This document shows, one piece after another, positions 37,428 through 49,729 of a stretch of 49,903 bases of DNA. Source of the DNA: Klebsormidium nitens (lineage: Eukaryota; Plantae; Klebsormidiophyceae); NCBI GenBank assembly GCA_000708835.1, contig DF237574.1, positions 1 to 49,903 on the forward strand, read 5' to 3'. The position numbers were made by a program, and so were the translations under genes. The first letter of the stretch is position 1. Every line of letters starts with the position of its first letter. Under the pieces are notes generated by a model. The model was not told the origin of the DNA. It searched no databases and saw nothing but the letters and a program-made list of their open reading frames with translations.

Positions 37428-38650
37428 ATGTCGTATCTGTTGCCCCACTTGCACTCCGGGTGGGCTGTGGACCAGGCCATCTTGTCCGAGGAAGCACGTG
37501 TGGTGGTGATTCGCTTCGGCCATGACTGGGATGAGACGTGTATGCAGGTGAGGCCTCCGGGTACCCCCCCAAACAGGGTGCCGCTTGCCGTGCTGCTCCC
37601 GCTTAGTCCATCTTGCTTGTATATGGTGTTGTCAGTGTGCTTCAGTGATGGATCATTTATTTAGGTCCTGAGTTGCTTTGAGTTTTGTGCTGTAGCTCGT
37701 TCATTTTTCATTGAGTGCAACCCAGCAGCTATGCGACTGGCTGGTGGCATGCTGAGTGTGGGGCGCCAAGCAGGCTGCAGGGCAGGGGCGCGCTCTTACA
37801 GCTGCTGGCCAGCCCGTTTCAGGCTGGTTATGCTTGACAGCTTGTAACTTCAGCAAGCTCCTTATTTGTCGTTGTCTGACGTCAGCTTTGTCTAGAAAGG
37901 CTTTGTTGCGCTGCGCTCCTGCTCCAGCAGCGCACGGGCTTCCGCTGTGTGAACTTACCGGTCGGGCACTTCATTTCGAGAAAGTTTGAGGGCAGCCCCC
38001 TGGCATTCTTCCACTTATGTTTTAAATGAGACAGGGCCTGATTTAGTTGTTTTGATGAGTGGGACGAGGCCTCTTTCCTGGACAACCTGTTTGAAAGTTG
38101 GTTGAACCCGAAGAATCTTCCATATTTTCAGATTGGACGTATGGCTGGGACATGTTCAACCATGTGCCTTAGCAACAATCACTGGTCACAAAGCCGGTCT
38201 TTCGTCAAGGTCCATGACTATTCCTGTCAAATTTCCAAATGGATTTGGTTGTTTTCTAGTGTGAATTGTGCCTCTCTGCTTGTCCGCGCTACACCCATGG
38301 ACTGGCGGCCGACTTGAGCTGTCCAACGGGTTGTTGTGCAGATGGACGAGGTGCTGGCAGGGTGCGCGGACCAGCTCAAAAACTTTGCGGTGATCTACCT
38401 GGTGGACATCAGCGAGGTGCCCGACTTCAACACTATGTACGAGCTGTACGACCCGTGCACCACCATGTTCTTCTTCCGCAACAAGCACATCATGGTCGAC
38501 CTTGGCACGGGCAACAACAACAAGATCAACTGGGCCATGAAGGACAAGCAGGAGTTTATTGACATCGTAGAGACAGTCTACCGAGGGGCGAGAAAAGGGC
38601 GGGGCCTGGTCGTGTCGCCCAAAGATTACTCGACCAAGTACCGGTATTAG
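37428..38650 (+). CDS. DIM1: DIM1/YLS8/TXNL4A thioredoxin-like U5 snRNP protein, 2 exons
   Basis: Exons 37428-37547 and 38342-38650 give MSYLLPHLHSGWAVDQAILSEEARVVVIRFGHDWDETCMQMDEVL...EVPDFNTMYELYDPCTTMFFFRNKHIMVDLGTGNNNKINWA...GARKGRGLVVSPKDYSTKYRY, the near-invariant Dim1 sequence. Confidence 0.98.
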
Positions 38651-39342
38651 AAATCGGGGGAGCGCAATCAACCAACTAACAGCGTGCTAGTGATCAGAAT
38701 CGGAGATTCGAGATTAGTTCCTGCAGCTAGCAGAAACTACAAAGCCGCCATGCTGGAGATGTGGGAAGGCATAAATGTCCAGGCAAATAGCCGAACGTGC
38801 AAGTCTGTAGGCAGGTGACAGATTCTTTTACGACATCGACTTTCAATTACCCCCTGCCAAGGAGTTGAAACTGCATACCTAGGATAAAAGCATGGAACCA
38901 GTGCTACAGTCCATGCATGCTCTCTACAGATCTGGACAATCACGTACACGAGCTTGAGGTAACTCTGCAGATGGGTCCATTAAATTTCAGTCATGCACTG
39001 CATAGGCAATTGTTGTTTGGCATGCGTTGCTGTCCGCGAAAGTTTTGCATCACCATGCGAGCTATGCAGCTCGCAGATATCCAATCGAAGCCTGCATTTG
39101 TTCAAAGTTCGAAAGCTTTGTCGACGTTTCGGATGGTCAAGTCATAAAAGGCTGGGATCTGTGCTGAACCTTGAGCTTGGGGTCAATCGCTGGCAAAGAA
39201 AGACCCTTGTCATGCCTTTCGCAGTTGTTTTCATGTTGGTCAATCTAAAGTTAAAAGATGCACATGTCCAGCGGCCAGCTGAAAGGTCGAGAATTAAGTG
39301 ACCGTTTGGTGTGGGATGTATACTTTATACACCCGGCGTATA

Positions 39343-39377
39343 AGACCTGCCTTCACTGGGCCAGTGAAGGCAGGTCT
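39343..39377. repeat. Perfect 35-nt palindrome (17-bp arms, 1-nt spacer)
   Basis: AGACCTGCCTTCACTGG-G-CCAGTGAAGGCAGGTCT, between the convergent DIM1 and glycosyltransferase-like genes. Confidence 0.95.
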
Positions 39378-39989
39378 GCTCAGAAAACAAGGTCTAACCG
39401 CTGCCCGTTTGCGTAGCCAAATCTCCAGGTGCTCATGGATGTCCGACGGCTATTGATCTGGTATGCTCTTATCTGCTTAGGAGTCACGAACATGCTACAT
39501 ATGCAGGGAACAACAACCTCGCTGTCCATTTGCTCACCAGTTAACAATTGCGCTCTCTCATAACCCTCCGTTGCTCCATGCTTGCGCGCCAACGGGCAAT
39601 CTGCATGGGCCGATTGATTGTTGACGCCAAGCTGCGATAGCCAAGTTGATAGCGAAGTCGGAGAACTGGGCCCATCACAGGGCTCAGCTCCTTCCATATG
39701 GTACAAGCCCCCTCCACCAGGAGCCAACTCTGCAGAGTGCACCGTTGGACTGCTTCTGATAAGAGAGGAAGCTCGTGCTGCCCTTTGCGCTATGGCCGCC
39801 TGCGTGGCATACGTCTTGGAGGCCCTCCTGCCAGGTGTGCAATCCATCACAGAGCCCCGATGGCGTTTTCCAGGACCGCCGTAGTGGCTTTACCTGAGGT
39901 GCAAACGCTGCGCCGACAACGAGATCGGACCGTCTTGTCTCCTGTGCGTCAAGTGCGTGAGCGTGCTCTCGCCCGCCTTTACTTCCACG

Positions 39990-42693
39990 TCACCCCTGCC
40001 CCTCTGCTTTGAACACGGCCCAGTCGCCCGTCATGACGGCCATCACGTCCGTCTCCTTCACCGGGTCCCCCGCATCCCGCACCAGCGCCGAGTCCGCGCC
40101 CTCACGCGACTCCGCCTGCACCACCGCTCCCGCCGCCACTGCCGCCACCGCACCCTCGTTCCCCAGTCCCCCGCCCTCCCCTTGGCCCTCCGCCTCATGC
40201 CCACCGCTGTCTGCGGTACCGTCCGCCCCCCCGTCGTTTTCGCTCTCTTGCTCCTGCTGCTCCGCGGGCGAGTCAACGGTGTCCATGGCGCGCAGGGCCC
40301 AGTCCAGGACGGGCGTCGCGATCTGCTTGCAGAAGTGGCCCTGGAAGTGGATGCCCGCCAGCGCGGTGCCGTTCACATGCGGCAGCAGCAGGCCCGCGCC
40401 GCCCACGATGCGCCACTCCACCACGCGCCGGAACTCGGCCAGGTCGCAGTCCCACCCGATGTACTGCTGCAGGTTCATCAACGCATAGTACGCCCTGCGA
40501 CCACGCAAAGCGCCGTTTAGGAGTTCGGGGTCGGTCAACAGGCAGGCAGCGTGGATAAGAGGCTGACTGTTGACTGAGCAGGACGATTAGTTCTCTCGCT
40601 GGCACGACATCCTCAGGAAAACATGAACCGAGTTCCTGTTGAGCTGCTTGGCAAATACTGTGCCCACATAAGTCCATATCGGCCTCCCCCACAATAAGCA
40701 GGATACACCAAGGGGCACCTTTGAGGTAGTGGGCTTAGAGAGTCATGTGGGAACTCCCTCTCGCAGCCGTCCCGAACACTGACCTGTAGTCGGGCGTGAG
40801 CTCGCCCTTGAGGTCGTACACGAGGAGGTGCTGGCTGACGGGCTGGCCCGCCTCCTGTGCCGCGGTGACGAACGAGTAGAGCATGTACATGTCGCTGAAT
40901 TGGTGGAACGTGGCGTTCATTGCCTCCCCGAACCGCTCCCAGTCCGCCTCCACCGCTGCCTGCAGCCGCAAACAGCGCCACTCAAAGAGGACGGCAGGGC
41001 ACTCAACATACCAAACAACAACATGCGAAGATAATCTCTCGGGTGCTCAAAACGACCACGGGCCCTCTAAGCGGTGCAGGGCTTTCTGGGACCACCGCAA
41101 AGCTCTTGCAGCAACGCGCCAATCCATTATTGCTGAAGGTCTGCAGTCCCGGACACTCTAAATGATTACAGGTTTAAAAGTCCCAGTCAGGAGACCCTGC
41201 GGTAGCAGTGCCTGGCAGAGGGGCCTTCGGCGGTGCCTCACTTGGGGCCGCGTGTAGAAGTGCAGCATGTGGTCGCAGAAGCGGTTGAGGGCGGGCAGGC
41301 GCCAGACGGAGAAGAAGGTCGAGTGCGTGGAGAGGGCCACGATGTCGGCGGGGGAGCGCAGGAAGTCGGCCTGGTCCGCAAATAGGACCATGTCGTGGTC
41401 CAGGTGGAAGAAGCGCGAGTAGCCCTCCTGCGGACAGGGCACTACAGCGTCAGACAAGTGATGCGGACGCAAAAGTAGCGCTTAAAGGCACAACACGTTC
41501 AGGTGCTTCCACCATATGGAGCGGTGGAGAGAAGGGCATAGGTGTAACACAGACAAGGGAAGTGCAACGGCTGTGAGCGGCGGCGGGGAGAAGCAGCTTA
41601 CCTGGACGGCAATGTCGCGCAGGATGAAGAAGCGCTGGAAGCAGAAGCGCTCAAAGTCCTCCGCTACCACACTGTGGTGGATGTACCTGCGCAGGGCACC
41701 ACGGCGAGGTCAGACAGAGGGCAGGCAAGGAGGGGACAATCGGCGCCATCGCCGTTTTGTACTCCCAACAGCCGACGGGTCCAGCTGTCAAGAGGGGAAG
41801 AGGACAGGCAGTAGCGCCTCCTGCAAGTTTGAGACTTTGTTGCCAGCTTCACAACGTCTGCGGTTGGCATGTCCAGCTGACCTAGTGACGGAGCGGGGCC
41901 AAACTTGAGGTCTACTGAGAGCAACATTCACTGGGGGGCACTCAGCGAACCCTGACCTTTGCCCAAAAGTGTGGGCGTCGGTGCCGGGGGTGAGGAAGTG
42001 CTCCATCAGCTTGACCTGCACCCCCGGCAGGCGCAGCACCTCCTTGAGCGCCGGAATCGACAGGGCCGCCTCCCCGCTGATCACCACCAGCAGCGGCACG
42101 CCAGGGTGGTACCTGCACCCACGGCAGCGCGTCAGCCGGCGCAATGCGCATGCCCATGCGCGGCGGCAACAAAGATGGGATGGAGCAGTGGAACGTCGGC
42201 GGCCATGGTGGTCTGTACAGCTCTTTCGGAGAATCTGTATCGAGTACAAACGAGACAACGACTGGCTTTTATTGACGGCTATATGACAGTCCCAGCATCC
42301 GGGATTGCCGACTGGCGCCCGTCTGTGATGCCCAGTGCCAGCCATGCTGTCAGCGAACAATCATGGATGACAGCACTAGCCACGCACTTACTTTGTTGCC
42401 AGCATCAACACCTGGATAAGCGCCGGCGCCTGGCGAGCTTTGCCCAGGAAGGACACCTACCTGCGCGTTGCTCGCAGGCAGTAGACCACAAACTCGGTCA
42501 GCTCGGAGGCGACGTATACAAAGGGCACCACCTCCTCCTGCACCTGCACCAGGGCGGACCCAGGCCTCGAGTCGATCTGCCAGCTTTCTGGTTCTGCAGA
42601 GTAGAAGCGGTGCAAGTGAACAAAGTCGAGGTAGAGCAGGCCCAGAACGCCAATGCAAGCCAGCACCAGGGTGCGGACCAGGCGCTTGGCCAT
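39990..42693 (-). CDS. Putative GT-A-fold glycosyltransferase-like type II membrane protein, 6 exons
   Basis: Exons 42693-42461, 42112-41957, 41686-41602, 41427-41242, 40959-40784 and 40494-39990 are GT-AG and in frame. A short basic N-terminus precedes one transmembrane segment (TLVLACIGVLGLLYL). Then DFERFCFQRFFILRD, a DxD motif (FHLDHDM), QFSDMYML, GIHFQGHFCK and an acidic Gly/Ala-rich tail. The gene model is well supported; the function is inferred. Confidence 0.75.
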
Positions 42694-43872
42694 TGCACGG
42701 ACACGTGCACCTCACGAGCAGCGAATGTATGTGATCTTTGAAGGGAGGAGCCGCTAGAGCTGTGCCAGTGTTGAGTAGTATTGTAATGTAGTGCACTTTG
42801 CAGTACAGTGAGAATCCTCACATGCCATTGTCATTCGGCTTTGATTATGTGCTACAGCGCTTTCTCAGTCGCCGCAGATCTCATCCTGTCAGAACGTTTT
42901 CTGGACCGCATTGATGTGCAGCAGGCCTAATAATCGATCTCTATGAAGCCCAATGTGGATAACAACGTCTGGCGGTCAACTTGAAGGCCCAAGCTTAGAT
43001 ACGGCTGCTGAGCGTACCCGGCGCTTTAAGGCGCGCTTTCAAAGGAGACTCTCAGCGATCAAGGATTCATATATCATCCAAGATAGTCTCGGCAATCAAG
43101 GGTCAGCCTTCAGGCCTGCAAAGTGAACTTCCCGAGAGAAAACTGGCGTTTGCAGAGATGAGCGCTGCTTTTCGAATCTCATGCCAATGGTATGCGCCCC
43201 TTCGCCAAAAACTCTCCAGAAATTCTAGCTCAGGGATTTGCTGGCGTGTACCTATCTGGAATTCCACCTGTCTCATAGCCTCTCTCTCGCACCACAAGCG
43301 CCGTCGATTATCCTCATCTCAAAATTGTGACGGTCGAAGTTGGACAATAAGATGTCAGCGGATTACCGCCCACTCTGAAAACAGTTGCAAGAACTTGCAA
43401 CCATGTTGGCGCTTCAAGTTCTGGCACAAACGACGGGCCTCGATGAAGCCGAAGCGGCGAAGGCCAGCTTGGCAAAACTTGATCCGCAAATACTGAGCTT
43501 CAATTCATATGGAGAGGCGTCGAGCTTAGTCATTGAAGAAGCCTGCCCGTCCACGTTGCGAGCGTTGAGCTTGAGAGCAATATGCTGCTGCATAGCACAG
43601 CGCGAGCGCCATGGCTTCGGATGGCGCACCTTGCGCAATGCTGCTTGAGCTCTTCCAGCTAGCTGTTGACATCAAGTAGCACCCACTTTCTCGGATATAA
43701 CCCCGGCAATGAGCTCTTGACTCAGCCCTCACACGAAAGGAGACCACAAGTTGGTTAATTGAGAGGGCTTTTGGCCACTGCGACTTGCTTGACGTTCTGC
43801 GGCGCCAGCAATCGCTCAGCATCTCTGCGGCTACCGCGTCTTGCTCGCTGGCTGGCTGCCTTTCCCGCCAGG

Positions 43873-46800
43873 ATGGACAGCATCGATGGGCAGCGCGTCA
43901 TGCTGGTGCTGCAGGACATGCTCGATGGCCTCAGGTGCGACAAACCTTACCGCAACAGTGCCAGGAAGCTGAAGCATTGAAGGGAATACAAACAAAGTTA
44001 TTGCATTGCAGCCAGCAGCTTGCCGAAGAAGTTGCTCGCACAGTCTGCCTGGAAGGAGCTCAATGTCCTAAGTCCGGGAAGGCCTGCCCACCACCCATGC
44101 GGCAAACAATCAAACGCAGTCTAACAACCAGCCGTGCCTTGCCAGCGCGTGTCCCCACCATGCCTGACTGCGCGCCTGACTGTGTGCTCTCCTTGCTGCA
44201 GCTGGGCATCCTCCCTGACCCTGCCCCTCCTCAGCAGCGCGGCCGAGAGCACCTCCCTGCCACCCGTGAGTGGCAATGCTCCTGGATGAACTTTTCAAAC
44301 TATGGCGTCCCTTTTGGAACCGCTCTCCCTTGTTGGCCCGCCCTTCCGCTTCTTCCAGCCCACTGCATTGCATTGGAGGGGTACTCAGCGCAACTTTTTG
44401 TCTGTTGGCAAAGGGAACTGCTGAGCTCCAAGTGTAGGTTTGCGCACAGGCCGTGCGCAGCCTCCTCGCCACGCACCAGCAGGCTGCAGAGCGACTCGCC
44501 AGTGCGGCGGAGAGCGGTGCGCCGACGGACGCGGGTGCAGTTGTCGACTCCACGCGTGAACTGTGCAGGGAGCTCAAGGTCAGCCAGCCCTGGCATGCAC
44601 TGTCACCAACTTGATCTACACCAGACTACGCTTTCGTCCCCTCTAGGATTATATTACCACCTAACATGCTGCCCGCAATTGAAACGTCATCAGAGAGCCT
44701 TGCTAAGGCAAGGCAGATCTCTGTCGCCTTTCTAGACTCGACGTCAAGCCGCCCGGCTAGCTGCTGCCAGTCGGAACCCTCAGGCGAGAAGTGCTTTCCT
44801 TACTCACGAACTGACTTGGTTGCGCCCTCGTGGTTGTGTAGAGGGAGCCGTTGGCGGGGCTTGAGCTGCTGCGGTTAGGGGAGGAGCGGTCCAAGCCCCT
44901 CGAGGTCCTCACAGCCGTTGTGAGACGAGTGAGGCGCCGCGCACTGCATGGCTTGCCCGCCCCAGATACATATGCTACGCTGAGACGACCTGTGCAATGA
45001 TTGGATCGGCGCCGACCGTAATCCGGTGGCTCGCAAAGAAACGTTACGCTTTGCTGCCAGTGCTGGAGCCTGCCCTCCTTGCCGCCACGCCCGCTGGCAC
45101 TTGCTGGCGGCTGCCGCTCTGACTGTTGGTTGTCTGGTGGGGCGGTGATGTGCAGCTGACGGAGCAGATGAAGAAGCGGCTGGCCACCACGGTGGAGGAG
45201 GAGGCCTCGCGCCGCCAGTTCCACACAGAGGTGGCGCGCAGGGAGGAGAAGGTGTGAATCACCATTTGCGCACTGTCCTCCCAAAATCTGCATCTAGACG
45301 AGTTTGACAATTAGACGCGTGACTGGCCGGCCCCTCTGCGCAACTGATGCCCCAGCCTGGAGGGACGTACTGGGCTCAGGATGGCTGGCCAGGGTGCCAC
45401 CATGGCAGACAACGCGACTTTCAGCGTGTGCTTTAAGCTCTGGTCTTGTTCAAAACGTCAGCTCGGGTAGACGCCTCTGTTGTGCGTGCGCTGATGCGGC
45501 TGGCGGCTGTGCGTGCAGTCGAGCAAGGAGCTGCAGAGCCTGGAGCAGCAGGCGCGTGTGGAGCGGAGGGACCGCTCACGCGCACTGCTGCAGCTCGCAG
45601 AGGCGGAGCGCCGCGCACGGGGTACGTAACGCACACGTTGCCAGAGTATCTCCACACAGACTGAAGATTGTGATGCCGCGCTGTAGAAGATGTCAAGAAC
45701 CTTCAATGGAAGAATGTTCCCTCGCTTGTAGTGATGTAGTCTTATCGCCCGCCCTTTTTGTAACGGCTCCTGCTGTGATCGTGCAGACGAGCTGGCGGTG
45801 GTGCGCAGCCAGACGGTGACGGTGGCAGAACGCCTTGCGGATGAGTACCGCACAGCCGAAGAAGCGGAGCGGGCCGGCTTTGCAGACAGGGTGAGACGCA
45901 GATGGAGTGGCTACGGAAACAAAACAACACTGCGGGGAGAAGAAGGACACGCGGAAAGCATGCGTAATCAACAGCAGTCGCAGCCCTGCACCAACTATCG
46001 GGCGATCTATCCAGGCGCTGACGGCCCTGCTCTTCTTCGGCGGCCCGTTTCCTGCCTCTCTGTCCCATCTTTTAAACACCTGGACCACAGTCTCCAAGTG
46101 TCCGAGGTTTTCGGGCCGTAGCTCCACCGGTTTTTCGCCCCCAGTTGACATGCCGGGCATCCACAACCCACTGGAAACCTATATGTGATACATGTTTTGT
46201 GTCCTCAGGAGGTTGCCCTGAGCGCGGAGGCCGCCGCGCTGGCGGGCGAGCTGGCGCGCGTGCAGGCGGAGGCGCGCGAGGCGGAGGCGGCACTGCGGTC
46301 CAAGAAGAAGAGCAGCGAGAAGGAGGTCGCGGACTGGCTCGCCGAGTACGACCGGGACATGGCGCAGCGCGACAAGGAGAACCGCGACAACAAGGTCAGG
46401 CACACCGCCGCGGTGCCGCCAGGCATCACAACAAGGGACTCGATCACAAAAATCTGCTCTCGGACAACCGCCTGCCTGCACTTACAAGCGACTTCTTCTA
46501 CTCGCTGGATTTTCCACATTTGCAGTAATGTGATTGTGATTCTGGAAGATGTGCTTGGCTGGTCGCGTCGGCATGCGCTCTTCGGTGGGCGACTCTGAGG
46601 TGCCCTCTTTGGCCTAATGCAGGCGGAGTACCGAGACATCAAGAAGAAGCTGCGCGGCTACCAGGCCCACTACCAGCGGCTGCAAGAGGAGGTGAGGCAC
46701 CCGCAGCGGCAGCACCGGAACAGTCTTGGACAGTTGGCCTCCGCAACTGACCAAAAGAGTCCATTGCTTCGCCAGCTACGGGTAACTCTCACGGTGTTAG

Positions 46801-47266
46801 TGAGAGGAGACAGACCCGTCCGGGGATGTTTGGGTGTCACCGCGGTCGCTCAAGGCGGCAGAGTGTGACGGGCGTGCGCATGCTGCTTGTGGCAGGAGGA
46901 GCGGCGAGCGGCAGAAGAGAAGCGCGCGGCCGAGGAGAAGGCGGTGAGTCCCGGCAAGCCCCGCCAAGCAAAGATTGCCTCCAGGGCGGAACGGCAGTAC
47001 TACAGGGTTTTGCGCCGCTCAGCAGGCGGCACCGTGCTCCTCCTTGAACAATGATCGGCTGAGGGGTTGCGACTCAAATTTGTACTGTTCTCAAGTTCTG
47101 TTGGCCCAGGTGAGAAAGAACTGAGATGTCGGCTGGCGTTTTTGTCATGTGACAGAAGCTCGACTCAGAACAAGGGCGCATTAACGACGCAGCCAGGAAG
47201 ATCCAACACGCGTGGCGAGGTTTCCAAAAGACAAAAGACGCGGTTGAGAAAAAGCCGACCAAAAAG
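43873..47266 (+). CDS. DRC10: Dynein regulatory complex protein 10 (DRC10/IQCD/FAP84-like), flagellar coiled-coil IQ protein; middle and final exons uncertain
   Basis: Exons 43873-43934, 44202-44265, 44450-44534, 45156-45251, 45519-45621, 45787-45890, 46209-46394, 46623-46691, 46896-46943 and 47156-47266; one or two exons around 44870-45130 are unresolved. Motifs: MDSIDGQRVMLVLQDML, KKRLATTVEEEASRRQ, EKEVADWLAEYDRDM, and the C-terminal IQ motif AARKIQHAWRGFQK followed by a Lys-rich tail. A donor after 47266 implies a further short exon or read-through. Confidence 0.8.
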
Positions 47267-49729
47267 GTGAGCGTTGAAGTACGAAAACTCAGCAGCATAC
47301 CTGACTCAAGTGCCGGGGCCAACTGTTTAGACATGCCACTTTCGTGCAGTTTCTGGAAGCACAAGCTTGTCCCTCAAGCACTCTTCGAAGCGGCCTTTTC
47401 AATCAAGCCACTAGCTACGGTCCTTGCTTCCGTAGCCTTTTATAAGCTGCGACCTTCTGACTTCATGCTGATTCCCGGCACGAAGGTGCAAGATGCAAAG
47501 CAACTCTATCAGGTTTTCAATCATTTTTCTCGAGTCGAAGCGATGAGAGTCGAAAAAGGTGGTATACGCTGCACAGACATCACCTGCCGGAGGGAGTTAC
47601 GGCTTCGCTTCTAGTCCGCAACTTCGGCGATGCGATTTACCGAGGCGTCGTATATCGTACTTTTGCAAGCAAGTTTAAACTGTGGCACAGGGTCTATCTG
47701 CAGTGTCTTCATGGCTGTGGCTTTATACCGTACAGGGAAAGACCTCAAAAGTCAAAGGCGGGAGGACATCAGAGAAAGCTAGCAAAACAGCGGAGAAACC
47801 AAAGAGCTCGCAAGGCAAGAAAAAGTGAAACGTATTGCCCGGTGTATTTGATTTGCCAAGCCTTTGCTGTGCGATGATAAGTTCGGGTCATGGTCTTTCT
47901 GATTTCTGTACCATTCGAAATCACAGCAATATACGGCAACAAAGTGTACACGTCAAATGGAATGATGCTTGTACAATGTGCACTGCATGCGCTTGAGAGT
48001 CCGAGTTCTTATCAATAGCTTTGCAGACCCGGAGCCCTGATTGCATTTGCAGCACAGTATGGAGCCTTTGTTCGTGCTCATCATGAAAGACAATAAAGTG
48101 GTTCTTCAGGGTAACTGCTGAGAACATCGCAGTATCGCAAGAAGATAGCGAAACTGATGTTTGAATTTGTACCTTTGTGTTTGTACAACAATTCATGGCT
48201 ACTAAGGTAGACTCCGTTTTCAGCTTGACGTAAAGACGAAGCATTGCTTTTTAAACTCTAGTACGCAAGATGGAATGTCGAATTGAAGGTGTCCGTTCGA
48301 AGCCCAATATAGAAGCAGGCTCTTCTCCAACTTCCACTACACGATCCGGGTTCAAGCCACCGTCAGCCCGCAGCCATGCGTTACACCTTGAAGCTCCTAA
48401 GCTGGGCGAACGCGGTGTGTTCGACGTTGAGAGCGCTGCTTCTGGGGCAGTCACTGTGTATCGCACCATGCGACTATGCGAGGCCATTGAGAGCCCAACC
48501 ATGTGCGCTGATCAGCGAGGCTGCAGGGGGAGCCACTACGTCTGCGATTCCTTCGACGGTTCCAAGATCCGACGAGGATCCATTGCACGTCACTCGTGTC
48601 CGGGTCCTCTCCGAAGTGCTATAGCTGCAATGCTGCACCGGGGCTGCACCGGCGCACCCCGCGGTGCAATTCTCAGCGCACCCTAGCCGCGATCGAATCC
48701 TTTCAAAGTCTGAATGGGTTCTCAAAGGCTTGCCCTGCCGCACCTTTCCTCCCCACTTTACCGTCCCAGACAGGTTAGCTCACAGCCTTCAAGTTACCAT
48801 AAAATCGAAAGAGCTTATTCTTTGGGGATACTGTAATCCGGTGATAGATCGATGTCAATATCAGACTGGCAGCGCGGCGGGCCGCGGTGCCGCGCGGCCC
48901 ACAGAGGGCGGGCCGTGTCATCATCATGTGTCGGACAGCCGCGGCAGGCGGCGGCCTGAGCCGCGGGCCGGCCCGGCCAGTCTTCAATGACTCGACTGAG
49001 TCCCGGCGCGCTCGCGCGCAGGCTGCGCGGCCGCCCGAGCCGGCCAGGCCCGGGGCCGGGCCCAGGGCGGCCCGCTGCCAGTTGCGGCCGCGCAGTCGAC
49101 CACCTGGCGTTGATCGGACTCCGACACTCAAGGACGGTAAATGGATGGAGTATGATCGATCGGACGGTCACTACTCAATTGCAAGCGGCCGCCCCGGCCG
49201 AGGCAGAGTGACTGCGTCGACAGGTCTGCACTTATCTACAGAAGTTGATTTTGTACGGCCAGCTCATTAGAGAAAAGCAACGCAAGGTAACCGGTTATGG
49301 TACCGCGTACCCTATCCTACCTATATGCTTTCTCCAGCTTTAGGAGTGCAACTTGTAGGTAGGTACCGATAGCTACAGTGTAAAATAGCAATAGCTAGGA
49401 GCATTTGGCCGTGCATTGGAGAATCCATCATTGCTTGCCACATGGTAGGCTGAGGGCTCGTATTGGTAGATATATACCGTACTGCACGCTTAAAATACGG
49501 TTGAGAAGCACTGGTCGGTGCCCAGACGTGCACACTGCAGGGCAGGCTCATGTTCTACTGTAGTCTCGGAAGTTGGTAGCCTGGTGGCAGCTCGTGAGTC
49601 GTGCAGTTGAAAGGGCATCCTAGCCTAGCTGCTAGCATGAGAAACAGTGGAGAACATCGACTATCGAGTCAGAAGCAGCGTACCGGTAACTACTATAAGT
49701 ACCACCGTACAAGGCCAGGTCGGTACAGG

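Noticed and set aside
43385-43648. 87-aa ORF between the glycosyltransferase and DRC10
   Set aside because: Mildly protein-like but has no motif or splice links; probably promoter or 5' UTR.
47620-48800. Several 80-140 aa ORFs on both strands
   Set aside because: No recognisable domain or consistent exon chain; cannot be supported as a gene from sequence alone.
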